Shown here piece by piece: positions 38,406 to 51,400 of a stretch of DNA of 64,000 bases (within the stretch, counting starts at the first letter, position 1; every line of letters starts with the position of its first letter). Both the position numbers and the translations under genes were made by a program. The notes under the pieces are model-generated. The model searched no databases and had not been told where the DNA came from. It worked only from the letters and a program-made list of their open reading frames with translations. This DNA is from Chiloscyllium plagiosum (Eukaryota): assembly GCF_004010195.1 (NCBI RefSeq), contig NC_057719.1:81831915-81895914 (forward strand), in the 5' to 3' direction.

Positions 38406-38864
38406 CAAGATTGATCTATCGATCAGGATCCCCCAGTCGGACTATTGGTAATAAATTGCTGTTTGCGGGAGTTCACTGCATGGAAATTGTCTGCCTATAT
38501 TTCTCAATATTAAGACAGTGACTATATTGATTGACTGGTAAAATGTATAGTTCATATAATTATGATAAACTCCATATCAACCCAAGTTTTACCTTTTTCT
38601 CTCTTCCCTTTGTCTCTACTGTTCTGTCTCCTTCCTATAATAATCCTGAGCAGGGCATTAAAACCCAAACCAGTCCCACCACCCAATCTTTAATTATTTC
38701 TACCATTCTTTTAAGCCGGGGTGGCACAATAGATACTTCGTTCTGGTGCCTTGTATGATGTGATTTTGATTTTATTGTCACATGTATTTCACAATACGAA
38801 TACAACAAAATACAGTGAAATGCTTTTTCAATTGTCGCCACGATATGCTGCTATTTTGAATAAA

Positions 38865-39530
38865 CGGAAGCCAACCTCCAATCCGTGGACTCCATTTACA
38901 CTTCTCATTGCCACAGAAAAGCTGCCAATATCATCAAAGACCCCTCCCATCCCAGTAATACGCTGTTCCAACTTCTTACGGTAGAAGATACAGAAGCTTA
39001 AACACACACACACACAGACACAGACACACAGACACTCTCTCACACACACTCTCTCTCACACTCANNNNNNNNNNNNNNNNNNNNNNNNNNNNNNNNNNNN
39101 NNNNNNNNNNNNNNNNNNNNNNNNNNNNNNNNNNNNNNNNNNNNNNNNNNNNNNNNNNNNNNNNNNNNNNNNNNNNNNNNNNNNNNNNNNNNNNNNNNNN
39201 NNNNNNNNNNNNNNNNNNNNNNNNNNNNNNNNNNNNNNNNNNNNNNNNNNNNNNNNNNNNNNNNNNNNNNNNNNNNNNNNNNNNNNNNNNNNNNNNNNNN
39301 NNNNNNNNNNNNNNNNNNNNNNNNNNNNNNNNNNNNNNNNNNNNNNNNNNNNNNNNCACACACACACACCTCCCAACAGGTTCAAGCATGGCTTCTTCCT
39401 TGCTCTTAACTGACTGCAGAAAGGACCTTTTTAATTTCTAATAATGTTGATCTTACTAATGTCGATCTTGTTTTGTGCACCTCCTGTGCAGCCATAACCT
39501 TGTATGCCTCACTCTGTTTAAAAACTCTAT
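38865..39530 (+). mobile_element. Rex1/Babar LINE 3' end interrupted by a (CA)n tract and gap
   Basis: IYTSHCHRKAANIIKDPSHP..LFQLL..RRYRSLNT [CA repeat] NRFKHGFF. Confidence 0.75.
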
Positions 39531-39699
39531 GATCTGTGATCAAAATCAGGTGTCTGGAAAACATCTTGGGTTCATTAGGTGAGTTTTAAGGGCAAATGGT
39601 TAAGATCCTGTCACCCCAGGTGCAGGCCTATTGATTTTTTCAAGTTTGCAGAGTACTCAGAATATATTGTCGGGCCTGCAACCTACAGAAATAGAGCGT

Positions 39700-40310
39700 A
39701 GGTAGCTGGTCTTTTCCCGAAGGTGGGGGCTTTCAAAACTAGGAGGCATATTTTTAAGATGATTAGACTCCCTACAGTGTGGAAACTGGCCATTCGGCCC
39801 AACAAATCCCCACCGATGAGTAACGCACCCAGACCCATTTCCCTCTGAAAAATGCACCTAACACTCTGGGCAATTTAGCACAGCCAACTCACCTAACCTG
39901 TAAATCTTTGGACTGCGGGAGGAAACCGGAGCATCCGGAGGAAACCCACACAGACACAGGGAGAATGTGCAAACTCCACACAGACAGTCGTCCGAGGCTG
40001 GAATCAAACCTGGGACCCTAGTGCTCTGAGGCAGCAGTGCTAACCACTGAGCCACCATACCACCCCACGAAAGGAGAAAGATTTCAAAAGATGGACCTGA
40101 GAGGTACCTTTATCACACAGAGGGTGGTCTGTATGTGGAATGAACAGCCGGAGAAGGTCCAACATTTAAAAGACATTTGGATAGTTACATTAATAGGAAA
40201 AGTTTAGAGGGATATGGGCCAAATGCAGGCAAGTGAGACTAGTATGGCAAACTTGGACGGCATGGACAAGTTGGACCGATAAGTCTGTTTCCGTGCTGTA
40301 TGACTCTGTG
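39700..40310 (+). mobile_element. CR1 3' end with nested HE1-type SINE (~39762-40065, -)
   Basis: GGTCTTTTCCCG..AAAACTAGGAGGCAT..TTTAAGA [SINE] AAGGAGAAAGATTT..3' UTR. Confidence 0.85.
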
Positions 40311-42159
40311 GGCAGGAGGTTGTCTTGAGTTTTCATTCCAATAAAATAGCTGAAGTTCATTGGTTTTAACTTCTGCTTTGCCCAAGAGATTACTTGGCCA
40401 AAAAAGTGTGTTACAGGAAGAATCTAATGTATGAGCAGATACAAATGGGGGCTGGGCTGGAGGCGGTTTTGTGTCCTCAAGTCCTATTTGGGATAGCTCC
40501 AACTGGAGCATTTTTTTGTGGAGTCAAATGCATCTGATTGGATTCCAACTGGTTTTACCTGATGCTGGGGACATCTTTGCAACTGAATCCCTCTGTGCTG
40601 CTGCTTTCCTGTTATTCTAATAAAGGGTAATTAGTTCTAATCAATATAGCTCAATATAGAAATGCCTTTTGGAGATTTTTCACTACCCTGACCAATTAGC
40701 TAATGAATAGCACACAGACCTGATTATGACTGCTTGATGTTGATGTTTACCTCAGAAAATCAGCCCACTTACGCTGCTCAGCCGAGTAAATCTCTGGCAA
40801 CCAGCCAAGACTATTCACAATTGTGAAAAGCAAGCCAGCTAAAGCTGGATTCCATTTCTCGTAAGTGAGTGTGACCTTGGTGAATTTAGACAAGTGGAAC
40901 AATTCGATGAACCTTCCAAGTGAATCTCTGAGTCTTGAAATCTAATCAGCTGCTGAGTTACCTAAAAACAAAATGCTTCAGCATTTTCTATCAAAATTCC
41001 AACCTTACAACCGTGCCCTTCACTCCATGCAAGCCTGCAATTTCTGATTAAACCTGATTAGTAAATTAGATATTTCTAGGCAGACTGACAACTAAACCAT
41101 TCTGAGGTATGAGACAGATCAGTCATTCAATAACCCATATCCTACCTTGTGTCTTCACTGTTTAAGACTCTTCTGCTGGTCTAACTGGGGCCACAAATCC
41201 AAGGACCTTCTTAACTCTCTTGGACAGGCCTTCTCAAATAATCTGCAGTCTTTCAAATGTAAGCCTTTCATCTTTTCTTCATTCATCCCTCAGCTTACCC
41301 AATCGTCACTTCAGTTTTAGGTGCTCACTTTGAGTGATGTTTATTGCGACAATAAAATTATTTTTACAGTCAGATTGATTGAGATTGACATAGAGTTAAA
41401 ATACATACGTATAATTTTATGAAGAAACTTGCACTTATCTGCTATTCAGTAATTGTGCCACAATATTACTGATCTAATAGTCTGCAGTTCTATGGGACTC
41501 CTTAAGTTCAGAATGATTGACAAGGCTGTGGAGAGAAACCACAGATAGTGACTCAAAGTTTCTTTTTCTTCTTGTACATCTTGCTTGTTGTGTTATGTAC
41601 CATGGTGAGTATATCAGTATACCTTTGAGAATTACAGTATGTCAGTATACCTTAGTTAAGAGAGAACTCATCATGCCATCAGTGTGTCATAGTATGTGGC
41701 CTATGGATATAAAGATCACAAACTCCATCTTACCTCGAATCATTGGAAGCAAGATGCTCTGTGTAACTTACTAGCTTAATACTAGCTCAGGCAATTATGT
41801 GCCTATGATTCTCATATTTTTGTATAATAGTTGGCTGTAATGAATATCTATTGGATTCTTTAACAATACAATATCCACACCCCCAGTTTCTCATGAAACA
41901 GGTGTTAATGCTAGCATTGCCCTAGGAAAAATACCCTCCTGGAGGCAAACACAGACTACTGGCTTTAACTGACCAACATTAGCAACCATCCCTTCAACTA
42001 CCAAGATCCTAAGGTTCTGAAATTCACTCCTCTTTAAGATGCTACTTAAAATCTAATATTTAAACTCTACCAAAATTTTTTTTGAGGTTGTATCAATTGA
42101 AAATTTTCAAACTGTGGCAGATATATTGTGGTTAGAAAAGTCTTAAGGACTTTTATTTT

Positions 42160-42485
42160 CTTTATTTTTCCATGGGATCTGAGCATCATTGGTAAGGTCA
42201 GCATGTATCACCCATCCCTAGGTGTTCTTGCAAGGCCAATTCAGAGTCAGCCATATTGCTGTCGATCTGAAGTCACACATGGGCCAGCAAAGGACAGCAG
42301 GTTGCATTCCCTGAAGTACATTAGTGAACCAGATAGGTTCCTACATCAACCAAGGATAGCTGTGATCCCAGATTTATTAAGCACATTCAAAATCACCCAA
42401 TGCTATGGTGTGATCTGAACCCATCTCCCTGCAGTATGTCTCTGAAATTCTAGTTGAGGCACATGACCACTACAGCATCGTCACT
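42160..42485 (-). mobile_element. tRNA SINE family 2, diverged
   Basis: Reverse complement of the 13110-13560 body (CATTAGTGAACCAGAT). Confidence 0.6.
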
Positions 42486-43099
42486 GTTCATTTTGAGGAT
42501 TGAAAAGCCCACCCAAATGAGATTCAAAGAGTCAAAATATAGAATGAATTGAGTAGCAGAACAGAATTCAAGCTCAGTGGAACAACTCCCCTCGTTCCTC
42601 TCTTCTGTTGCACCCTTGAGTTAAAAGAAAGCATTTCCTCTTCATTGAAACTGTTATAAGATAATCAACAATTGAATATTTCAGCATGCTAAATACACTT
42701 AGAACGTTCAAGTTTCTCATTCTGAAAACATTCAATCTCATTAAACTTTAGATTCAACTCCTCTGAAGCCTTTTGACTTCCAAACAGAAAGCAGTATTCC
42801 ATAATTGAACATTCCACTTCTGCATTTCCTTTCCCCAAGGAATGAGTGATTAAGGTTGACGAGGAACGTAAGGAATGTAAGCACATTAAAGGAACTGATG
42901 GACAACTCCCAGTACTCCTGTCTGTTTGAATAGTAGTGGAAACATACTGCGGGATTTTATGGAGCCAGCCTTATGGAGTATATCTTCTTCCCACATTGTT
43001 TCATCTAGCACACAGCACAGAACCCAGATTGCAATTTGAGTCCAGGCTTGCTGGGTGTGGCCTCCTCATCCAGTCAACAGGGACTCCACCTCTTTTTCT

Positions 43100-43740
43100 T
43101 GCATCATTTTAAACTGGGAAGGGTGCAACAATGATTCACAAGGACGTGCTGAAACTAGAGGGTCTGAATTATAAGGAGTAGCTGGATAGGCTAGGACTTT
43201 TTTCCTGGAGCATAGAGAAGGCTGAGCGGCAACCTTACAGAGATTTACAAAATCAGGAGGGGTGTAGATTGGGTGACTAGCCAACGCAGGTCTTTTAGGC
43301 GAAAGTGAGGACCGCAGATGCTGGAGATCAGAGTCGAGAGTGTGGTGCTGGAAAAGCACAGCAGGTCAGACAGCATCCGAGGAGCAGGAGAATCGACATT
43401 TCGGGCAAGAGCCCTTCCATCAAGGAAGGTCTTTTCCCTAGGGTAAGGGGAGTTCAAAACTAAGTTTAAGGTGAAAGGGGAATGATTTAAAAGGGACCTG
43501 AGGGTCAACTTTTTCACACAGTGAGTGGGATGTATGTGAAATAAACTGCCAGAGGAAATGATAGATGCAGTTATAACATTTAAAAGACATTTGGACAGGT
43601 ACATGGATAGGAAAGGTTTAAAGGGATATCAGCAAAAGTCAGGCAAATGGGACTAGTTCAGTTTAGGAAATCTGGTCAGCATGAACAAGTTGGGCTGAAG
43701 GGTCTGTTTCTGTGCTGTATGACTATGACTGTCTATGACT
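43100..43740 (+). mobile_element. CR1 3' end hosting a family B PLE tail (43297-43426, -) with 9-bp TSD
   Basis: AGGTCTTTT at 43288-43296 and 43427-43435; CR1 tail (TATGAC)n. Confidence 0.85.
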
Positions 43741-45577
43741 CCACCTCTTTGCCCAGCAGTACCTGCAGATCCCTGTCCTGGAAGAGGGGAGCTACTCTGT
43801 ATCATAGCCAGGGTCCCTCACCCTAGTGTGAGGGAAAGTTCCTAGTCTACAGCCTCTGAATTAGTGAGCAGTTCAGCTTTGAATAAGCCAGAAGGTTCTC
43901 CCGACTGTCCAGCCTGGCAACTCCCTGAGAACGACACTCAATAGCTTGGTAACCTAAGCAGTAAGGTAAAGAGTGGAAGGTTGCACAAAGAAATCCATCT
44001 CAGCCTAAAACAGCCTATGGAAGTCCATCAGCCTCACTGCAAATGGGAAAATTCTGCCCACTGTCACTGCTGTAGGAAGTGTAACCCCTCATTTGAGCAT
44101 AGCAAGGTCACACAAACAACAACGTGACATTGTCTGTTTTATCAACACAGGATAAGACAAACATTATCTGCATATCTGGGTCATGATTCCGCTGTCAGCT
44201 AATGCCATCTAAACAGGTCAGCTGCCCACTGATCACATTGCTGTTTGTATTGTTTTGTTCAAACTGCAATGACCCATAGGTCATTTCACTTCAAATGCAA
44301 GTGACGGACCTCATGACATTACCAAGACACAATAAAGCTGGGCATAAATTCACCATACAACATTTAATTCCAGCAGTTTATAAAAAGCTTTTGGTGACCG
44401 AGTTCACAGCCCTGCCACGTCCAATTCAAAACATTGTTGATTCAAGCACCAGCTAGGAAGAAGTAATCCACCTAACATGCACATTTTTGGACTGAGGGAG
44501 GAAACAGGACTACCTGGAGGAAATCCACGCAGACAAAGGAGCTGACCCACCTTGATGAGCTAGCACAGTATTGAAGCTATGTTGCAGTAACAAAGATGCC
44601 ACTTTTTAAAATCAACTCTTGAACCAGGGCCCCAATTGTCCTTTCAGGTAGATGGTAAAGGATCCCTAGGCACTAAATTCTATAATGCAGGGTCACACAA
44701 GAACACAGCCATCACATATTAGAAGAACTACCTGTATTACCATCGGCTGTGACCATAAGAGTGGATGTTGCTGTCTGCAACTGGGCTGCCATACTTCATG
44801 TATTACAGTTGTGACTACGCTTCTAAAATTGGCTGTGAAAGTGCTTTGGGATGTCCTGGGGTTGTAAAAGTGATTGTTTAGGTGGCGTTACCACACACAC
44901 AAAGAGTGGAAGACCCTGTCTATCAGAACAACGTGGACCTGCTGGCCAACTGAGTTAAGAGCAGAAGTAAGCATGTGAATAGAAGAGAGGGAGTACAGCA
45001 CCAAAACTGTGGGTTGGATCGATCAAGAAATCAATCTTCAACGGTGCAGATTAATTGTCAGCAACAGAATGGGGCAGGAATCGGAAAGACTACTTTGCGG
45101 GTTGAGTCACAAAAGTGCTGGGACATCAAATAATCCAGTGCTAATGTGAATTTAACGGGAGCCCTGGTCATCATTTGAGAGTAATTAAACAGCTAGTAAT
45201 GACAGATGAGGTTTTAAGGCATTCATTTACTGACAGCTCATTGCTATCAGGCTCATATACAGCTCAATGTGAGATGAGAGGGAAATTAAGTCTAATGTTA
45301 CATGTTAACCCTTTGAGAACAATGGGTGTAACACTATATATATTCCAATGGCTTACTTTGTGGGAGACACTGGACTCTGTACCGCCTCTTTTTTACTCAC
45401 TAACTGAGCTAATTAACGATAAAAATTACACTCCAGGCATGCGCCCACACAAAGATGAGAAGTGCACACAATTCCAAAGTTTATACAATAGCTGACATTT
45501 ACATATCCCCAATGACAACCTGCAGTAAAGAAGGCAGAAAGACTACTACATTAATCAATTGACAACACTGATTTTGT

Positions 45578-46212
45578 AAGGGGGGGATTTTGTCCTGCAC
45601 CTCCAAGCACTTCACCTACTGTGTCCGTTGCTCTCGATGTGATCTCCTCTACACTGGAGAGACAGGACGCAAACTTAATTTCAGAGGACACCTCCAGGAC
45701 ACAGGCAGCAAACAACACCACCACCCTGTGGCCGAACACTTCAACACCTCCCCGCCCACTCCGCCAAGGATATGGCAGGTCCTGAGCATCCTCCACTGCC
45801 AAATTCTAGCCACCCGACGCCTGGAGGAAGGACACCTCATCTTCCACCTTGGGACCCTGCAACCACATGGGATCATTGTGGATTTCACCAGTCTCCTGAT
45901 CTCTCCTCCTTATCTCAGATCCAACGCTCCAACTCGGCACCACCTTCTTGAACTGTCCTACCTGTCTATTTCCCTTCCGACCTATCCACTCCACCCTCCT
46001 CTCTGACCTATCACCATCACACCCCCCCACCTTCATCTACCTATTGCATTCCCAGTTACCTTCCCCCCAGCCCCAACCCCTCTCCCATTTATCTCTCACC
46101 CACTTGAGCTCACCCCCACATTCCTGACGAAGAGCTTATGCTCGAAACATTGACCCTCCTGCTCCTCAGATGCTGCCTGATTGGCTGTGCTTTTCCAGCA
46201 CCACATTTTTTG
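45578..46212 (+). mobile_element. 5'-truncated family B PLE (GIY-YIG, 3' region, HHR), 13-bp TSD
   Basis: YCVRCSRCDLLYTGETGRKL..PVAEHFN; TSD ACACTGATTTTGT at 45565-45577 and 46213-46225. Confidence 0.9.
46121..46153 (+). ncRNA. Family B hammerhead motif with a covarying stem II
   Basis: TTC-CTGACGA-A-GAGC-TTAT-GCTC-GAAA-CATT-GA. Confidence 0.65.
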
Positions 46213-46279
46213 ACACTGATTTTGTTAGTACTGCTTGTGTAGAATACCGCTGTGCAAACAATATCCTTCCTCAACTTCC

Positions 46280-47305
46280 CATTCTCAGAGCTTTAGGATA
46301 AGAGGCAGGAAATTTAAGACAGAGATGAGGAGAAATTATTTCTCCCAATTAAACAAAGAAGAACAAAGAACAAAGAAAATTACAGCACAGGAACAGGCCC
46401 TTCGGCCCTCCAAGCCCACACCAATCCTAATTCTCAATCTAAATCTGTCACCTATTTTCTAAGGATCTGTATCCCTCTGCTCCCTGCCCATTCATGTGTC
46501 TGTCTAGATATATCTTAAATGATGCTATCGTGCCCGCCTCTACCACCTCTGCTGGCAACATGTTCCAGGCACCTACCACCCTCTACGTAAAGAACTTTCC
46601 ACGCATATTTCCCTTAAATCTTTCCCTTCTCACATTGAACTCGTGACCCCAAGTATTTGAGTTTCCCACTCTGGGAAAAAGCTTCCTGATATCTCTCCTG
46701 TCCATAACGCTCATAATTTTGTAGACCTCAGTCAGGTCCCCCTCAATCTCTATCTTTCTAATGAAAGTAATCCTGATCTACTCAACCTCTCTTCATAGCT
46801 AGTGCCCTCCATACCAGGCATTATCCTGGTGAACCTCCTCTGCACCCTTTCCAAAGCATCCACATCCTTTTGGTAATGTGGCAACCAGAACTGTACGCAG
46901 TTTTCCAAATATGGCCAAACCAAAGTCTTATACAACTGTAACATAACCTGCAAACTCTTGTACCCAATACCCCGCCCGATGAAGGAAAGCATGCTGTATA
47001 CTTTTTTGACCACCCTATTGACCTGCGTTGCCACTTTCAGGGAACAATGGACCTGAACACCCAGATCTCTCTGTACATCAATTTTCCCCAGGACTTTTCC
47101 ATTTACTGTATCTGTGGAATGGCCATGTATCTATAGATGCTGAGACATTGAAGAAATTTACGAAGGAATTAGACAGATACTTAATCAGTAATGGATTAGA
47201 GGGTTATGGAGAACAGGCGAGAAAGTGGAGTTGGGGCTGAGATGAGATCATATCCAATGGTAGAATAGGCTTTAGGAGCTGAATGGCCTACTCCTGCTCC
47301 TATTC
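46280..47305. mobile_element. CR1 3' end (+) with an opposite-strand CR1 nested at ~46352-47110
   Basis: Nested minus ORF LYKTLVWPYLENCVQFWLPHYQKD and (AAGAACA)n tail; host resumes at ATCTGTGGAAT. Confidence 0.85.
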
Positions 47306-48464
47306 AATTCCAAGAGGAATGCTTCCACAGGCCACCTATGTTTGGAGGCAACACATTCCAGCACAAATCACTCGAAACAGTAATTCACAGCAGCCAAATG
47401 TTTTAATCCAAATTACTGAAAGTTTAGATAAGTACAAAAAGAGTATCAAAACACGCAGATGAACTCCAGCAGCTGGAGAAACAATCTTGTTGTAAGTAGT
47501 TCTTGGTCCCATTAAGTAACACTGCTGGGCCCCTTCATTTTGTTGAGTGCGTTTAAGCTATGGGAGAGAGGTCACACAGCTTACGGAAGAGGGAGGAGAG
47601 ACACAACTATTCTCAGCAGGAGGTCATACTGGCCCAGTGTCTTGAATGAGCAATTCTCCTGTTGCTAGGAGCAATGCTTGAGATGGCTTTGTTTCGGAGG
47701 CTGTGACTGAAATCTTCCAACTGCTCCAATCCCAAATGCAACCTCAAAACAGAGCTGGCACACTTTATCCAAGCTGTTAAGGTCACCATGGCTCTTAACA
47801 TTTGTGCCTCTGGCTTCTTCCAAGTTGCTGTGAGAGATATCAGTCGTTTTTAATATACTGTTGCATACAAGTGCTCTACACAATCCCGCTTTCCAGATTC
47901 AATCTGAGTGAGTATGACAGTTTGCACTGAATGCAGGCTTAGCTACGGGGCATGGTGCATATGNNNNNNNNNNNNNNNNNNNNNNNNNNNNNNNNNNNNN
48001 NNNNNNNNNNNNNNNNNNNNNNNNNNNNNNNNNNNNNNNNNNNNNNNNNNNNNNNNNNNNNNNNNNNNNNNNNNNNNNNNNNNNNNNNNNNNNNNNNNNN
48101 NNNNNNNNNNNNNNNNNNNNNNNNNNNNNNNNNNNNNNNNNNNNNNNNNNNNNNNNNNNNNNNNNNNNNNNNNNNNNNNNNNNNNNNNNNNNNNNNNNNN
48201 NNNNNNNNNNNNNNNNNNNNNNNNNNNNNNNNNNNNNNNNNNNNNNNNNNNNNNNNNNNNNNNNNNNNNNNNNNNNNNNNNNNNNNNNNNNNNNNNNNNN
48301 NNNNNNNNNNNNNNNNNNNNNNNNNNNNNNNNNNNNNNNNNNNNNNNNNNNNNNNNNNNNNNNNNNNNNNNNNNNNNNNNNNNNNNNNNNNNNNNNNNNN
48401 NNNNNNNNNNNNNNNNNNNNNNNNNNNNNNNNNNNNNNNNNNNNNNNNNNNNNNNNNNNNNNNT

Positions 48465-51400
48465 GTAAGATCAAGACTGGGGAAGTGACAATGGGAGTGA
48501 TTGACAGAGTGTCAGTTCCAGGAATACAGTCTGTTCTTGGGAACAATTTTGCAGGATCCAAGGTAGGAGTGACACCCCTTTTTGCGGAGAAGCCAAAGGA
48601 AGACCAGGGAACTGAGGAGTTAAAAGAAAAATACCTTAGAATTTTTCCAAACTGTGTAGTAACAAGATTCCACTATCATAAGTCACAACAAGAAGCAAAA
48701 CTTGAAGAGAAAGACGAAGGAGTTGAGGTTTAGCGGATACCCTGTTTGATTTAGCAGTGCAGGAACAACCTGAATGGGCAGAGAGTCAGGGAAGAAGTGT
48801 TTAGTCCTGAAAGGCTAATGGACTTACAACAGAAAATAAATAGATGAGACTATAAAAGATATATATATTGATGCATACTCAGAAAATTATTCAGAATGTA
48901 TTGCTGAAGGTTATTATCTTAAAGGTAGAATCCCAAGACGAAAATGGAGACCGTGGCAGGTTAGTGCGGAGGAGAAATGGACGGAAGTGCACCAGATTGT
49001 GTTGCTGGTAGCATACAGACAGGAAGTGTTATGGGTAGCACATGAACTATCTGTAGGAAGTCACCTAGGTGTGAGGAAGACTCAGGCTAAGCATTTCTAT
49101 TGGCCTGGACTGCACAAGGATATGGTTAAATTTTGCCATACGTGTCATAAGTGCCAATTGGTAGGTAAGTCACAGGCACTATTAAAACCAGCACCTTTGT
49201 TGCCAATTCCCATATTCAAAGAACCTTTCACGTGGGTTGTGATCGATTGTGTAGGGCCCCACCCTAAAACTAAAAGTGGGAACCAGTACTTGCTAACCAT
49301 AATGGATGTGTCTACCACAGACTTCCGGAGGCAATTCTATGACAGAGTATTAAAGCAAAAAAGGGTTGGAGAAGATAATAGCTTTCTTCATGCGATATGG
49401 GCTACCCAGAGAGATTCGGTCAGACCAACAGTCTAATTTTACTGCTAGGCTGTTTAAGGAAGTCATGGATAGCTTAGGCACTTTAAATCAAGTGCGTACC
49501 ATCCTGAATCCCAGGGAGTTTTGGAAAGGTGGAATCAGACCCCGAAGACCATGTTAACAGCATACTGTCAGGATTACCCGAATGATTGGGAGGAAGGTTT
49601 ACCTTTCGTACTGTTTGCCATTAGAGGTGCCCCAAACGAATGGACTCAGTTTACTCCCTTTGAGTTAATTTTCAGACATGAAGTGAGAGGACCTTTGAAA
49701 TTAATTAAAGAAAAATTGACAGGACTGAAGTCAGCAATTCACACTTGGATTATATTTCTGAAGTGAGTTAGAGATTAAATCGGGTAGGTCAGTTCGCTGA
49801 ACAGCACCTGAAGAGGGTGCAGCATAGAATGAGGCCTGTGGTAGATAAAAACTCTTAAAATTTGGATGTTTTCCCATGGGGATGACATATTAGTATTGTA
49901 GGTAAAAACAATGACTGCAGATGCTGGAAACCAGATTCTGGATTAGTGGTGCTGGAAAAGCACAGCAGTTCAGGCAGCATCCGAGAAGCAGTAAAATCAA
50001 CATTTCAGGCAAAAGCCCTTCATCAGGAATACAGGCAGAGTGCCTGCAGGGTGGAGAGGAGGGTGGGGGTGGGGAGAAAGTAGCATAGAGTACAATAGGT
50101 GAGGTGAAGGAGGCCCAGGACCTCCATGTCCTCGGCAGAGTGGGAGGGGGAGTTGAAATGTTGGGCCACAGGGCGGTGTGGTTGATTGGTGCGGGTGTCC
50201 TGGAGATGTTCCCTAAAGCGCTCTACTAGGAAGCATCCAGTCTGCCCAATGTAGAGGAGACTGCATCGGGAGCATCTGATACAATAAATGATATTGGTGG
50301 ATGTGCAGATAAACTTTTGATGGATGTGCAAGGCTCCTTTAGGGCCTTGGATGGAGGTGAGGGAGGAGGTGTGGGTGCAGGTTTTGCAATTCCTGCATTG
50401 GCAGGGAAATGTGCCAGGACGGGAGGGTGGGTTGTAGGGGGGCGTGGACCTGACCAGGTATTGTGACCAGTGATCGGAGATCCTTTCAAAGCCAGGTTTA
50501 GTGGTCCCTATCAAATTGAGAAAAAGTTACGTCAGGTAAACTGTCTGGTAAAGATGCCAAATAGAAAAAACTGTATCGGGTATGTCATGTGAATATTTTG
50601 AAATCTTATTATAATAGAGAGGGGGAACTGGAGAAACAGGTATTAGCTACTGCCCCTCAGAGTGAGGAATCAAATCCAGATGTCATGGAGTTTGATGTAC
50701 CTCAAAATATGTTAAATGATAAGGATGTCCTTGAGGAGTGGGACAGGTTAGTGAACTATCTGTCTCAGGAGCAAAAAACCCAGTTGAAAGGTTTGTTACA
50801 ACACTATGAGGACATAGGCAGGAATAAGATGGGGAGGACCGATACTATTGTGCATAGGTGGAAGTAGGGAATGCTGTTCTGATAAAACAACACCCCTACA
50901 GACTTAATCCTCTCAAAGCCACACAGGTCTAGAATGAAGTGAATGCAATGCTCAACGAAGATATCATCGAACTGAGTCAGAGTGAGTGGAGTTCGTCAAT
51001 CATGTTAGTTTCCAAATCTGACGATACTCAACAATTTTGTGTGGACCATCGGAAATCAATGCCGTAACAAAATTGGACTCATGCCCAATACTGAGATTGG
51101 AGGACTATAGTGAGAAAGTTGGACAAGCCAGTTACATCACAAAGTTGGACTTACAGTGTGGTTACTGGCAGATATCTTTATCAGAGAAAGTGAAAGAAGT
51201 TTCTGCATTTGTAACCCCAAATGGGCTATATCAATTCAAAGTGATGCCATTTGGAATGAAGAATGCACCAACCACATTCCAAAGACTTGTGAACAGAGTT
51301 GTGGCTGGGTTAACAAACTGTGCACTTTATCTGGATGACGTAGTGATCTTTAGTGAGCCATGGAAAGATTACATGATCATTGAATGCGCTCTTTGAATGA

